Assembly: GCA_019828565.1 (NCBI GenBank)
Contig: JAHDYR010000003.1
Location: forward strand, 124,001 to 188,000
Direction of reading: 5' to 3'
Length of the DNA: 64,000 nt
Source of the DNA: Carpediemonas membranifera BICM
Taxonomy: Eukaryota > Protista > Fornicata
The notes below the pieces were generated by a model that worked only from the letters and a program-made list of their open reading frames with translations, had not been told where the DNA came from and made no database searches. Below are positions 33,230-43,868 of the stretch, one piece after another. The translations under genes and the position numbers were made by a program. How positions within the stretch are numbered: the first letter of the stretch is position 1; each line of letters starts with the position of its first letter.

Positions 33230-36200
33230 TCAGTCAATGAACTGGATGTCGTCCTTGCTGAGGCGGACGACCTGCGTGTGCATCATGGAGAGGAGATAGT
33301 TCCTCTTCAGGCTGGCCTCTGGTACCATCGCCAGCAGGGATTTGACCAGCATCTCCTGAGCTACAAAGGCGGCGAAAACGTTGTGCTTGAGCATTCTAAA
33401 TATGATAGGAATTGATACGAGCGCGGTCGTCAGCAGCAGCACGCTCACAATACGGCCAACGGTGTCAGTGGCGCTGGTAGCCAGCAGTGCAGCTCTGTAC
33501 TGCTCCCACAGCACACTTGTCATCGGATACTCAATCTCACGAAGGATGCTGAAGGCACTGCTGGCGACAGTGCCAGGTGCAAGGCATCCGTCGGGCCTCA
33601 GCTCGTTGACAGACGAGACCAGCAGCTGCTGTAGTTCGCTGTTCTTAATGCCAGTAGGGACGAACGAGCAATGTGGGCAAGTTCCGGGGAACAGCGGGTC
33701 CGGGATGACGGCGGTGTAGAAGGGCGAGGCCTGCTTCACCTCAGCCAGGGAGATCGTCGCGTTGGCCATTTGTTCGAGCGAGCACACGGTGTGGTTGTGG
33801 GCGCAGTGGGAGGCAGCGGGGGAGATGACGAGGTCGATGCCGTCGTTCTCGACAATGAGGACGGTTAGCAGCTGGATCACGATGTAGCGGATGGCGACGA
33901 AGCCGTGCTTGATGGCGAAGTCGGCCAGTACAGAGACGACCGCCCCAACGACGACAAGCCCGACGAGTACAGCAGCCAGAAGCACTGCGAGACGGAGGTT
34001 TCGCCAGGACTCGCGGACGTGGATCTTGTGGACCCGGCGTAATGCCCAGGTCACGCTGGGCGGACCGACGAAGTAAACAGTGCAGGATAAGAACAAGACC
34101 AGCAGAGCCAGGGCCAGAGCTTCTAGGATAGTGGTGGCACCGCGGCGAAGGGTGTCTGCGTCTGAGGCGAAAACCATGGTGTCATAGGCGTCGAGGAGGA
34201 CGGATGTCGTGGCGTTGACAGCGACCTCGAACTCGGTAAACAGGTCGACCATCTTGTCGTCAAAGAGCAGCAGACGCGCCATCTCAGCCTGGACGTCCGC
34301 GTCGAGGAGGCCGTCCGCGGTGTCGCTGCTGTACATGTGCCCAGACCTGGCAGGGTAGTGCAGGGCGTCCTCAGCGGTGTCATCCTCCGTGCTGGCGTCG
34401 TAGCTGTAGTGGGGCAGGGGCAGCGTGGTGTCCAGACTGGCGGCCTCGGTCGCCAGCTGGAAGGAGATGCGGAGGATGTGCTCGATGGAAGCTGAGGCGT
34501 TGGTAGCAGCCTCGAGCTGAGCTGAGGCCTCGTTGACGCAACCACTGAAGTCGAAGACGCCCTTGTCGGCCAGCACCGCGATGGAGGCGCTGATGCCCTC
34601 GACCGTGTCGGGCCATGTGCTAAGTACCACCATAGCCTGGTATCCAAGTGTTACATCTCCAAATTGAGCGTATCTCTTCACAGTCCGGATTCTATCATGC
34701 ATATCTAGTAAATCTTCGGATCTATTCCCGTGGAAGTACTGTATCTCATTATATGAATCCATCTCATAGTCCCAAACAGGCCCCCACAGATTCCACTGGA
34801 CGATGATGAGCAGATTAAGGACAACAATGGCGGCAATGAAAAGGGCACCGACACAAAGCTTGGCGCATGTGTAGCGTTTGCTCGCTCTCCTCGTTGCACC
34901 CTCGCCCAGACGGAAGGGCGTGTCGGGCCTTTCAACAATCCACTCCTGGACACCGGCGATCTCACCATTGATGCGGTCAAGGCGTCTGTTGATGGCGAGG
35001 ACGCCCATGAGGATGGGTCCTGAGATAATCACCAGGGGCATGAGCAACGATGCGCACACAACAGAGATGTCATCCAGGACCCTGTTGGACTTAAAGAGCT
35101 CATCGAGACGGGCCTTGTTGTTGTCTAGGAGGGTGTCGCGTGCTGCTAGTAAATCTTTTTTGATCCGATCTGAGATCTCGATATACGCTGGATCGACCAG
35201 TATATTCCTAGCGACAGTGAACGAGTCATTGGAGCTCAGCAGGGCGTCGGCGCCGGCGTCGGAGTAGTAGCCGCGGCTCCTCGAGCTGTTGTACACCAGG
35301 GCCTGCAGCAGGTGGGTCGGCTCGGCAGTGTAGTTGTACGCCATCCCGGACAGGAAGCACTGGCTTGAGATCGGAAGCGACGCCCCGGCAGCGTTGGCCG
35401 ACTGGTAGAGGGAGATGGCATCAAGCCGGGTCAGCCGCAGCATCGCGGTGTATGCCGAGGCAAGGGCGGCTGCCACGGGGCCGTCATGTCCTTGCGCCAT
35501 GAGATAGTCTAACGCCGAGGCCACACGCTGGCCGTTGATGGCGGTGTCGTATTCCTCGATCCAGCGGAGGTCAAGACACTGGGCATAGGCAAGGGCTGCG
35601 TCCGCCTGGGCGTTGCTCATCGCCAACAGGTGGTCGAACCCCTCCTGGATGGCGACGTTGCTGGCGTAGACGGTCTTGTAGTCGTCGATAGCGATCTTGG
35701 GCACGATAACAGTGCAGACTATGACACAAAGGCCGAGCACTAAGCTAGCTAGGTGTGCGACTCCCGCGGCTATCATCAGAATCACAGCGCGGCGACGGTG
35801 TGACGCAAACCTGCTCGACAGGGCGCTGATACGATGCTTAGCGAGGTCCTGCGAGCTCTGCTTGTGGATCTGCTCGGAGACAGTTGCCGGGTTCACGGAG
35901 TATCTCGGGGCGGGCTCAATAGTGATGGTGTCGCTGAAGTCACCGTGGGGCAGCTGGTCGTCCAGGTCCGAGGCCACCGAGTCCGAGGTGTACGCGGTGT
36001 CTGCGTCTTCCTCGTCGTACAGAGAGTATGCAACGTCATCGACGGTTGCCAGGCTGGCGTGCGAGGTCTGGGTTGTGGCCGAGGCATCCCTGTCCCCGAG
36101 CTGGAGGGCGGAGAGGTGTCTCATATGGCCCAGCGCCGAGTTCGATAGTAAGTCGTCGGCCGATGGGACGTATCCGGTCGTCTTTTGGGTGTCAGTAGAC

Positions 36201-38953
36201 CTGGCCATCATGGCGGCGATGCCCTTGTCGATCCGCATGAATAGGTTGAGGTTCCTCTCCTGAGCATGCTTCACAGCGATGGTTGGGTGGATAAATACGG
36301 CGGGGAACCCCAGCACGATCATGCCGAGGATGACGATGACACACAATTCAGACACCGCACAGTCCACGACGGCGAGGTCGTTCATGGCGCTGTCTAATGC
36401 GTCAAGAAGATAGTACAACCTGGGCAGCTGACAGTGCAAGATGTTGAAGTGCGCGTAGTATGCCGTGGAGGCGGAGATAGTCGCACCTGATAGAAGATCG
36501 GATCCGATCTCGGAGATATAGGCTGAAAACTGGACCAAAGATGTGATATCGACTGAAGCGGTCGAGTAAATACCCTCTGGAGTGACAGAGTCAAGCTCAG
36601 CGACATATGTCATGAGATTGTGGTCTAAAGCCGAGCTAATCAATGACGGCCACAGCAGGTCGACTAGGGGCATCTTGATATGATCATAAAGTGACCTGAC
36701 ACCATCGTTACACTGCTCAAGCACCTCCGCCGTTCTCTCTAGCAGGGGCATGTCGTCCGAGTCGAACGGGTGGACAGGCAGGTCAGGCCAGTGGACGCTA
36801 CTGACCTGGGTCCTGAGCAGAAAGTCGAACTCGACAAGCCGACCCGAGTAAGCGGTGGCCGCTGAGTGAAGGGAACGCATGTTGAACTCGACTACGATGT
36901 GGACCAGCTGGAAGCCGATGAAGGCGGCGATGACGACAGCAATGGCACTCAGGGCGACAGCGATCGTCAGCTCAAGCCTGGCTATAAATGGTGACCGTTT
37001 CTGGTGCTTTCGTCCCTTCAGCACGTTATTATGCTCGAACTCCACGCGGTAGTCTGCCCTGACCGAGTCGGACCTTGAGTCGCCCTGGTCCCCGAGGTAC
37101 TCCGCATACGAGTCCAGCTTGTCGGCTGCGTCGGGGGCGAGGGCGACGTTCCTGAGGAAATCCGCATACATGGTGATGACTGGGATCCTCTGGGGGAAGT
37201 ACTCTAGGAGCCAGATAAATGTCCGCTCAGCACTGGTGGATGACGCGTAAATCTGCTCGGACACGCGATGCAGCTCGAGGATGTCGACCTTGTCTCGAGC
37301 CAGGATGCTCCAGAACGTGTTGATGGCGAGCTTCGCCTGCATCACCTGCCGCTGCACCGTCTTGAGCTTCACGTGGAGCCGTCTCAGCATGGCGCTGTCG
37401 AAGCCTCTGTGCTGCGTGCGGCGGGAATTCTCGGCGTTCTGGTACAATGCGTAGAGGTAGACGCATGACAAGGCGTCGATTGGCCCCTTGACGTGGTCGA
37501 AAGCCCTGAATATCTCAAAGATCGCGGCGTCGGTGTTGGCCCTGATATACTGGATATAAATGATAAAATTGATCCGGGAAAACAGGGTTGGACCAAAGTG
37601 GCTGTCAGTGTTGACCGTGACAGACTCAAGCACATCCGCGATCTGGTGAATCTCGGATATTAGATTCGCATCGCAGTTATCGTCCGGCTGCATGAACGAG
37701 AGAAACTCTAGCCTGTCCCGCTTCTGCCGTATCATGCTCATACTGAGACCTCCGAACCGGGACCTACAAAAGGCGTAGAAGAACAGGCTCTGGGCCGTGA
37801 ACAGTCCTGGCGGGACATGGGTCTGCGACGCCGCAGACTCGGGCTGGTCGCCCTTCGCCTTGGAGGGTCTGATGATGGTGGCAAATTTCTTCGTCAGCAT
37901 GGCGTACCGGATCAGGATGGATATATATACAGCAATGTATAGGATAAAGAATGAGATCGGGGTGACAATACCGAGGTCGACTCTGCCGAGGTCGAAGAAA
38001 CGGTACACCCCAGCAACACCGGCGCACAGCACAATGGCCGTGTCGAAAGCCATAGAGGCGGGATGGGCGTGGGCGGGGAACACGAATAGTGTCAGGGCGT
38101 ACACAATGGGCATGACGGTGGTCAGGGCGACCAGGGTCCAGCGGACGGGTGACGTGGGGGCAGCAGGGGCGTAGTGCATGGCGACAATGTAGACAGCGGT
38201 GGTCAGAGGGGCTATTGCGGCGGATACGGAGGGCAGCTGGGTCATGGCATTGAGGCTCTTGCTCAGCGTATGATTGAAGAAAGCCAGGCGGGTCAGCGTG
38301 GCGATGCAGACCAGGAGGACTATGGAGCAGACCGAGATCATCCATCCAAATGGGTTGCTGATTGAAAACACGGTGACTTCCCTGAACGGGGCGGCAACGG
38401 ATTGAACCCTGGTGAAGAAGACGACGGCTGGGATGAACAGAGCAGTGGAGATCACACGGTGGACGGAGGTGATCATGCGGCTGACAACAACGTTGTTGGG
38501 GGCGATCTGCTTGCCGAGGATGACGAATAGCAGCAGGCCGACTGCAGACGACCAGTACAGGATGACCGAGACCCATATGACCACCTCCTGCACCTGGTCA
38601 GTGAGAAGCTTGCCGTTGAGCATGGGGACGAGGAAAACAGCGCCCACCCTGTCTCTGGGTGCAGGATCGGTCTGGATGATGAAGGAGAAGAAGAAAAACA
38701 CACTCAGTATGCGGCCTAGAGTTAACATGGTCATGGGAAACCGCATTCCCATCGTTCTAATTGCCATGACGAGCTTTAGAGACGCCCAGGGCACTTTCCC
38801 ACCCGTCAGCCCGAATGTGTCGCTGCTGAAGCTAATGGTTGAGATTCGCGACGATGGGCCCGCACTGCTCACTTGTGGGGCAGCTGGGTGTAGTAATCCG
38901 TCGTTAATCGAGCCATACCGGCGGCCCCTTTCACCCATCGAAGCGCTGCGCAT
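33230..38953 (-). CDS. Large multi-pass membrane protein (TmcB/TmcC-like architecture), ~1,900 aa
   Basis: N-terminal multi-TM block, helical cytosolic region (MYADFLRNV), then repeated TM-loop-TM units. Start taken as first ATG. Confidence 0.7.
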   Translation of the reverse strand: MRSASMGERGRRYGSINDGLLHPAAPQVSSAGPSSRISTISFSSDTFGLTGGKVPWASLKLVMAIRTMGMRFPMTMLTLGRILSVFFFFSFIIQTDPAPRDRVGAVFLVPMLNGKLLTDQVQEVVIWVSVILYWSSAVGLLLFVILGKQIAPNNVVVSRMITSVHRVISTALFIPAVVFFTRVQSVAAPFREVTVFSISNPFGWMISVCSIVLLVCIATLTRLAFFNHTLSKSLNAMTQLPSVSAAIAPLTTAVYIVAMHYAPAAPTSPVRWTLVALTTVMPIVYALTLFVFPAHAHPASMAFDTAIVLCAGVAGVYRFFDLGRVDLGIVTPISFFILYIAVYISILIRYAMLTKKFATIIRPSKAKGDQPESAASQTHVPPGLFTAQSLFFYAFCRSRFGGLSMSMIRQKRDRLEFLSFMQPDDNCDANLISEIHQIADVLESVTVNTDSHFGPTLFSRINFIIYIQYIRANTDAAIFEIFRAFDHVKGPIDALSCVYLYALYQNAENSRRTQHRGFDSAMLRRLHVKLKTVQRQVMQAKLAINTFWSILARDKVDILELHRVSEQIYASSTSAERTFIWLLEYFPQRIPVITMYADFLRNVALAPDAADKLDSYAEYLGDQGDSRSDSVRADYRVEFEHNNVLKGRKHQKRSPFIARLELTIAVALSAIAVVIAAFIGFQLVHIVVEFNMRSLHSAATAYSGRLVEFDFLLRTQVSSVHWPDLPVHPFDSDDMPLLERTAEVLEQCNDGVRSLYDHIKMPLVDLLWPSLISSALDHNLMTYVAELDSVTPEGIYSTASVDITSLVQFSAYISEIGSDLLSGATISASTAYYAHFNILHCQLPRLYYLLDALDSAMNDLAVVDCAVSELCVIVILGMIVLGFPAVFIHPTIAVKHAQERNLNLFMRIDKGIAAMMARSTDTQKTTGYVPSADDLLSNSALGHMRHLSALQLGDRDASATTQTSHASLATVDDVAYSLYDEEDADTAYTSDSVASDLDDQLPHGDFSDTITIEPAPRYSVNPATVSEQIHKQSSQDLAKHRISALSSRFASHRRRAVILMIAAGVAHLASLVLGLCVIVCTVIVPKIAIDDYKTVYASNVAIQEGFDHLLAMSNAQADAALAYAQCLDLRWIEEYDTAINGQRVASALDYLMAQGHDGPVAAALASAYTAMLRLTRLDAISLYQSANAAGASLPISSQCFLSGMAYNYTAEPTHLLQALVYNSSRSRGYYSDAGADALLSSNDSFTVARNILVDPAYIEISDRIKKDLLAARDTLLDNNKARLDELFKSNRVLDDISVVCASLLMPLVIISGPILMGVLAINRRLDRINGEIAGVQEWIVERPDTPFRLGEGATRRASKRYTCAKLCVGALFIAAIVVLNLLIIVQWNLWGPVWDYEMDSYNEIQYFHGNRSEDLLDMHDRIRTVKRYAQFGDVTLGYQAMVVLSTWPDTVEGISASIAVLADKGVFDFSGCVNEASAQLEAATNASASIEHILRISFQLATEAASLDTTLPLPHYSYDASTEDDTAEDALHYPARSGHMYSSDTADGLLDADVQAEMARLLLFDDKMVDLFTEFEVAVNATTSVLLDAYDTMVFASDADTLRRGATTILEALALALLVLFLSCTVYFVGPPSVTWALRRVHKIHVRESWRNLRLAVLLAAVLVGLVVVGAVVSVLADFAIKHGFVAIRYIVIQLLTVLIVENDGIDLVISPAASHCAHNHTVCSLEQMANATISLAEVKQASPFYTAVIPDPLFPGTCPHCSFVPTGIKNSELQQLLVSSVNELRPDGCLAPGTVASSAFSILREIEYPMTSVLWEQYRAALLATSATDTVGRIVSVLLLTTALVSIPIIFRMLKHNVFAAFVAQEMLVKSLLAMVPEASLKRNYLLSMMHTQVVRLSKDDIQFID

Positions 38954-39086
38954 GCTCTTGAAAAAATTAGCGTCGGCCGATATCTTCGCTAATTGGGGCT
39001 GAGCGATTGAGAATCGGGAGCATAGACACACGTACACAGACGGAGGTCAGGCCCTGGCCCAACCCACGAACCCATCCGAATAAAAT

Positions 39087-40391
39087 TTACACGCGCATGT
39101 CCAGCAGCCCCAGCTCGTCGTCCTGTTCAGTCGACCTGGTGTACGTCTCCACAGTCATCTGGGGGTCGGGGTCGGGGACGTAGATGTCCTGTACGTAGGA
39201 GTTGGACACGGGGTCGTCGATCACAAGGGTGAATGGCCTGCCCGAGATGAACTCACCGAGTGTGGCCACAACTTGCAGCATCTTGGTGCGCTCGGCGGCA
39301 TCAGCACTGTCGCCCGCACTAAACGGCATGACACCGTCGAGCTGGGTCCTGACTTGGTTCAGGAAGCCTTCGACAGTGGTGAACATGCCGCCCAGGGTGC
39401 CCGTCTCCACGCCCACGAGAACCTCGCCGTTCTCGATGATCTTGGCCGAGGCTGTGTCCGACTTGAGCACATCCCGGTTGAGATCAAGCTCATCGGCCAC
39501 ATTGAGAATGTAGCGGGTGCCGTGGTCGGCAATCTCACCGCCGCACTTGACCTCGGTGCTCTTGAATCCGCAATGGTCGCACTTGAACGCCATGATGATG
39601 ACCTCCTTGAAGTGCGGGATGGATGTGATGCACATGCGGTTGACGCCGTTGGTCTGGCATGAAGGGCAGATGGATGGCAGCTCCATGATGTCGCCAGCCG
39701 TTGTGAACTTCTCAGCGAGGTTCTCAGCAGCATCATTGTTCATGATGGCAGCGGCCTTGTTTCCAGGCGCCATGGCTCTCTCCTGGGCCAGGTTGAGTCC
39801 GAGCGCGAGGTTCTGGTCATCTGACCTGGCGTAGGGGGTGTGGGTGAGGTTGGGGTCCTTGCTGGGGGCGTGGGGGTTCTCGATGAAGGAGTTGCCGGTG
39901 GGGTCGTCCAGGATCACCGTAAAGTTCGGTTCATCGGTCAGGAGGCCACGCATCTTCTCGAGGAAGGCGTTGATGGCCTCGTACTGCTCGGGGGCATGGG
40001 TCTTTCGGTCGGGCTGGAGCATCTCGAGGTTGGTGATCGCCTGCATAATGATGCCCTCCAGGGTAGTGAACTGGCCGGGCTGGACGTTGGCGGGGATTTC
40101 GAACTCCACCTCGAGGATCTGGAAGAGAGCGGCATCAGACTTGACGATACGACGCTGCAGATCCTGCTTGCAGGTGACCTTGAGGAGGAAGTTGCTGCCC
40201 GTGGCGGCAATAGTGGCAGCAGGCTGCACAGAGGTGTTGTGCTCGTTGCAGTGAGGGCAATCGAAGCTCACAACGATGACTTCCTTGAAGTAGGGCACCT
40301 TGACCATAAGCATGCGAGTCAGGCCGTTCTTATGGCAGCTGGGACACATACTCTCGACTTCATTGACGTTATCCGCGTCAAAGCCTTCCAT
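39087..40391 (-). CDS. ZPR1: Zinc finger protein ZPR1
   Basis: Two C4 finger + A-domain modules (CPSC...VPYFKEVI...CPHC; CPSC...IPHFKEVI...CDHCG), TTLEG/TTVEG, LDDPTGNSFI. Confidence 0.97.
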   Translation of the reverse strand: MEGFDADNVNEVESMCPSCHKNGLTRMLMVKVPYFKEVIVVSFDCPHCNEHNTSVQPAATIAATGSNFLLKVTCKQDLQRRIVKSDAALFQILEVEFEIPANVQPGQFTTLEGIIMQAITNLEMLQPDRKTHAPEQYEAINAFLEKMRGLLTDEPNFTVILDDPTGNSFIENPHAPSKDPNLTHTPYARSDDQNLALGLNLAQERAMAPGNKAAAIMNNDAAENLAEKFTTAGDIMELPSICPSCQTNGVNRMCITSIPHFKEVIIMAFKCDHCGFKSTEVKCGGEIADHGTRYILNVADELDLNRDVLKSDTASAKIIENGEVLVGVETGTLGGMFTTVEGFLNQVRTQLDGVMPFSAGDSADAAERTKMLQVVATLGEFISGRPFTLVIDDPVSNSYVQDIYVPDPDPQMTVETYTRSTEQDDELGLLDMRV

Positions 40392-40859
40392 TGCCTGTTT
40401 CCGTCGCTTCAGCTTTTTTTCTTGCAATTGATCCAACTGGATCAATCAGGTCCTACCCGTGTCTCATTATGAGCTTGGACGCGTGGGAGGAAGGCGTGTC
40501 CCCGGTTGTCTTTTTTCCGGCTCTCGATCCCTTGAAGCCTGAAGTCTGATAATTGACGAATGCTCTCAGGCTTCAAGCGCCAGAGGTGGCAATACAACGC
40601 ATTTACGTCCACCTAATCGCGTATCTACACTGTTCTCACCGTTTCGTCTGCCAGCGGCGCTCTCTGTGTGAGGCGTCGATGAGTACCGATAGCTTGATCG
40701 AGGGCCAAGTGACTGCGAGCCCGACACTGCCGTTGGGGTAGAAGTAGTTCTGCCGTTGAGGTGCTTATTGATCTAAATCATCCGTGTTGCTGAAAAAAAT
40801 GGAACGAGATCGTTTCTCGGCTAATCAGATGATGCGTGCGCTCCACACTTGATCACAAC

Positions 40860-42464
40860 ATGTCGGATCTTGTTGAATTCAACAAGGACAAGAGTGACTT
40901 CGCCAAGTGGTACGATACCATCCTCATTGCCGCGGATATCCTGGACAAGCGGTACCCCGTTAAGGGAATGCCCGTGATGAAGCCCGCTGGTTGGTACATC
41001 CACGAGAAGATCATGCGCCTTGCTGAAGACGAGTGGGAGAAGCAGGGGATTGACAAGTGTCAGTTCCCCACGCTCATCCCCGAGACTTTCCTGACCAAGG
41101 AAGAGGAGCACGTCGCCGGCTTCGAGAAGGAGTGCTTCTGGGTCACCAAGGGCGGTCTCAACACCCTCGATATCCGCCTTGCCCTGCGTCCGACCTCCGA
41201 GACTGCCATGTACTCCATGTTCAGCCTGTGGGTCCGGTCCTACGCCGACCTCCCCCTTAAGGTGCACCAGTCCTGCAACGTCTTCCGGTATGAGACAAAG
41301 AGCACCAAGCCCCTCATCAGGGTCCGCGAGATCCCCTGGAACGAGGCTCACACTGCACACGCCACTGCCGAGGACGCCGAGGAGAACCTCCGCCAGGCCT
41401 GGGTCGGCTATGACGAGGTCATCAACCGCCAGCTTGGCTTCTACGGCCTCGTGCTCCGCCGCCCCGAGTGGGACAAGTTTGCCGGCTCCATTTACACCGA
41501 AGTCCTTGACACTATCATGCCTTGCGGCCGGGTGCTTCAGACTGTCGGAGCCCACAACCTTGGCCAGAAGTTCGCCAAGGTGTTCGACATCAAGTACCAG
41601 ACCGAGGACAACCGCGAGGAGTACGCCCACATGACGTGCTACGGCATCTCCACTCGCGTCATGGCCGCCTGCCTCTCGATCCACGGTGACGACCGCGGTC
41701 TCGTGTTGCCGCCCGTTATCGCGAAGGTCCAGGCCGTTGTCATCCCCATCAAGCCCAAGCAGCCCGCTGAGAAGACCGAGGAGAACATCGCTGCCGCTGA
41801 GGCCTCGTGGCAGAAGATCCTCGCTTCTTCCAAGAAGATCACCGCCGCTCTCCAGGCTGCCGGCATCCGCGCCAAGCTCGACGACTCGGACCGCACCCCT
41901 GGCTTCAAATACGCCCATTGGGAGCTCCGCGGCATCCCCCTCCGCGTCGAGGTCGGCCCCCGTGATGTCGACCACGAGGACGAGGCTGAGTTCGAGTGCA
42001 TGATGGTGCCCCGTAACAACAACATGCCCGCCGGCAAGGGTAAGAAGGGCAAGCAGGCCAAGCAGGCTGCCGAGACCCCCCAGACTGGCCTGGACAAGCG
42101 TCTCGTGAAGCAGGCCGACATTGCCGCTGAGGCGCACAAGTTCCTCGATGATATCATCGACAAGCTCCGGGACGAGGCCCAGCGCCAGCACAACGAGCGT
42201 GTGGTGAAGTGCTTCCGTCTCTCCGACGTCAAGAAGGCCATGAAGAAGGGCAAGGTTGCCCTCGTCCCCTTCTGCGACATGGGCGACAAGGGCAAGCAGG
42301 CCGAGGACCGCATCCGCGAGTATCTTGGCGCTGACCTGCCTGGTGAGGTTCGCGGCTGGGATCCCCGCATCACCGACAGCCTCGAGGGCAAGACGTGCAT
42401 CGCCAGCAAGCCTGACGAGCCCGATGCCGCGCACTACTGGGCGTATATTGCCCGCGCCTATTGA
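40860..42464 (+). CDS. proS: Prolyl-tRNA synthetase, archaeal/eukaryotic type
   Basis: LRPTSET, FRYETK, REIPWNEAHTAH, HNLGQKF, CYGISTR, WELRGIPLRVEVGPRD, terminal ARAY. Confidence 0.97.
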   Translation: MSDLVEFNKDKSDFAKWYDTILIAADILDKRYPVKGMPVMKPAGWYIHEKIMRLAEDEWEKQGIDKCQFPTLIPETFLTKEEEHVAGFEKECFWVTKGGLNTLDIRLALRPTSETAMYSMFSLWVRSYADLPLKVHQSCNVFRYETKSTKPLIRVREIPWNEAHTAHATAEDAEENLRQAWVGYDEVINRQLGFYGLVLRRPEWDKFAGSIYTEVLDTIMPCGRVLQTVGAHNLGQKFAKVFDIKYQTEDNREEYAHMTCYGISTRVMAACLSIHGDDRGLVLPPVIAKVQAVVIPIKPKQPAEKTEENIAAAEASWQKILASSKKITAALQAAGIRAKLDDSDRTPGFKYAHWELRGIPLRVEVGPRDVDHEDEAEFECMMVPRNNNMPAGKGKKGKQAKQAAETPQTGLDKRLVKQADIAAEAHKFLDDIIDKLRDEAQRQHNERVVKCFRLSDVKKAMKKGKVALVPFCDMGDKGKQAEDRIREYLGADLPGEVRGWDPRITDSLEGKTCIASKPDEPDAAHYWAYIARAY

Positions 42465-42511
42465 GTAATAAACGAGGATAATAACACGCACGGTTGTCTT
42501 TATGTATGCCA

Positions 42512-43789
42512 TCACCACTGAAGCTGTGCCATGGTCGCCGTCGTGGCGTCCTTCGCCGTCTCTACATGGTCAATGAAAGTCTGCCGCACAACCTCGCTGT
42601 GCCGCACGCCGTCAAGTCCAGCTACCTCAAGCTTGTCCCACGCGTCATGCACCATCCCCGCGAAGGTCTTATGGCCGACGCTGTCAGGTGCGGGGCATTG
42701 GCCTCCGCCCATGACGCAGCCGCCCGGACACGCCATGGCCTCGATCACGGCCCTCTCGCCCCTGGTTCGGACCATACGGGTGACGTTATAAATGTTGCGG
42801 GCACCATAGGCCTTGTATAACATGACCCTCGTCGGGCCGCCCTTCATGGGGAGTTCCGCCTCGCTGACTGTGAAATCGGGGTTGCCGCGGCGCTTAGGCC
42901 TCCACTCGCTGTTGCTTACGCCGTAGTGCGCGCACAGGTGCTCGCCGTAGTTCCCCGAGACGCCCTCGGGAACGGGGTCGACCGCCACACTGTCTGACTC
43001 GACCGACTCGAGGGAGTCTACCCCGAGCTTGTCCGAGATGACGTCTACGAGCTCGAACGGAGAGATGACAACCTCCGTGGCGGCCCCCGGCTGGAACTCG
43101 GGCCTCGCACTCTCGAGTTTCCGGTCGAAGCAGGGCTGGATGGAGAGATGCTTGGTACCCTCGGGCCGGGTGCTGTGGACCCATGCCGCAGTGTAGGCCA
43201 TGGGCGAGCCGACCCGCGACATCTTTGGGAGAACCTCCGGGTTCTGCTTCTCGCACACACAGACGAACCCGGGGCACGATGAGACGACGAGGGGAAGCTG
43301 CTCTGGAGCCAGCTGCTCAAACTCTCTGATGAAGTCACGCAGGGCCTCGGCCTGGCCCTCATTCGTGGAAACGAGCTCGGCCCCGTTTGTCTTAAAGAAG
43401 GCAGACAGCTTGCTGAACACCTCAGCATGCGGAAGGTTGTAATGGACGGCCAGAGAGACTAGGGACTGCGGCGCAATGGACACCACGGGCCTGAACCCGG
43501 CCTCAACGTTGTCAGTGAGGACTTGCATGAACCTTGCACCGCCTTGGCTCTGAACAAACACGGCCTCGGCAGATGTGATGCAACCAGAGCATGCAAGACA
43601 GTCCTGCAAGCTGATTTCTGCCCTCTCGGGCTTTGCGCGCTCTTCCTTGGCCTGCTTCTTCAATGCGGCGACCTCCTCACGAGTACGAAGCTGTACCTCG
43701 CCCTTTGGCGCCTCAGGCTCCTGCAATGGAATAGTACACTCTTCTGCAAGCTCTAGATAGTCGTTGAGCTCACCGAGCTTTATACTCAT
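42512..43789 (-). CDS. NAR1: Cytosolic Fe-S assembly factor Nar1/NARFL (hydrogenase-like), 425 aa
   Basis: ISLQDCLACSGCITSAE, SSCPG, PCFDRKLE, EAMACPGGCVMGGGQ, terminal Trp. Confidence 0.95.
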   Translation of the reverse strand: MSIKLGELNDYLELAEECTIPLQEPEAPKGEVQLRTREEVAALKKQAKEERAKPERAEISLQDCLACSGCITSAEAVFVQSQGGARFMQVLTDNVEAGFRPVVSIAPQSLVSLAVHYNLPHAEVFSKLSAFFKTNGAELVSTNEGQAEALRDFIREFEQLAPEQLPLVVSSCPGFVCVCEKQNPEVLPKMSRVGSPMAYTAAWVHSTRPEGTKHLSIQPCFDRKLESARPEFQPGAATEVVISPFELVDVISDKLGVDSLESVESDSVAVDPVPEGVSGNYGEHLCAHYGVSNSEWRPKRRGNPDFTVSEAELPMKGGPTRVMLYKAYGARNIYNVTRMVRTRGERAVIEAMACPGGCVMGGGQCPAPDSVGHKTFAGMVHDAWDKLEVAGLDGVRHSEVVRQTFIDHVETAKDATTATMAQLQW

Positions 43790-43868
43790 CTTGTCGCTTT
43801 TTCGTCGCTTCAGGGGCCCTCACACAAAATCGGACGGAATCGGGCTGAAAACGCTTTTATTGTGCTGC

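Noticed and set aside
40821-42518. 565-aa antisense ORF over ProRS
   Set aside because: Shadow of strong codon bias (few TTA/CTA/TCA codons on the sense strand); no motifs.
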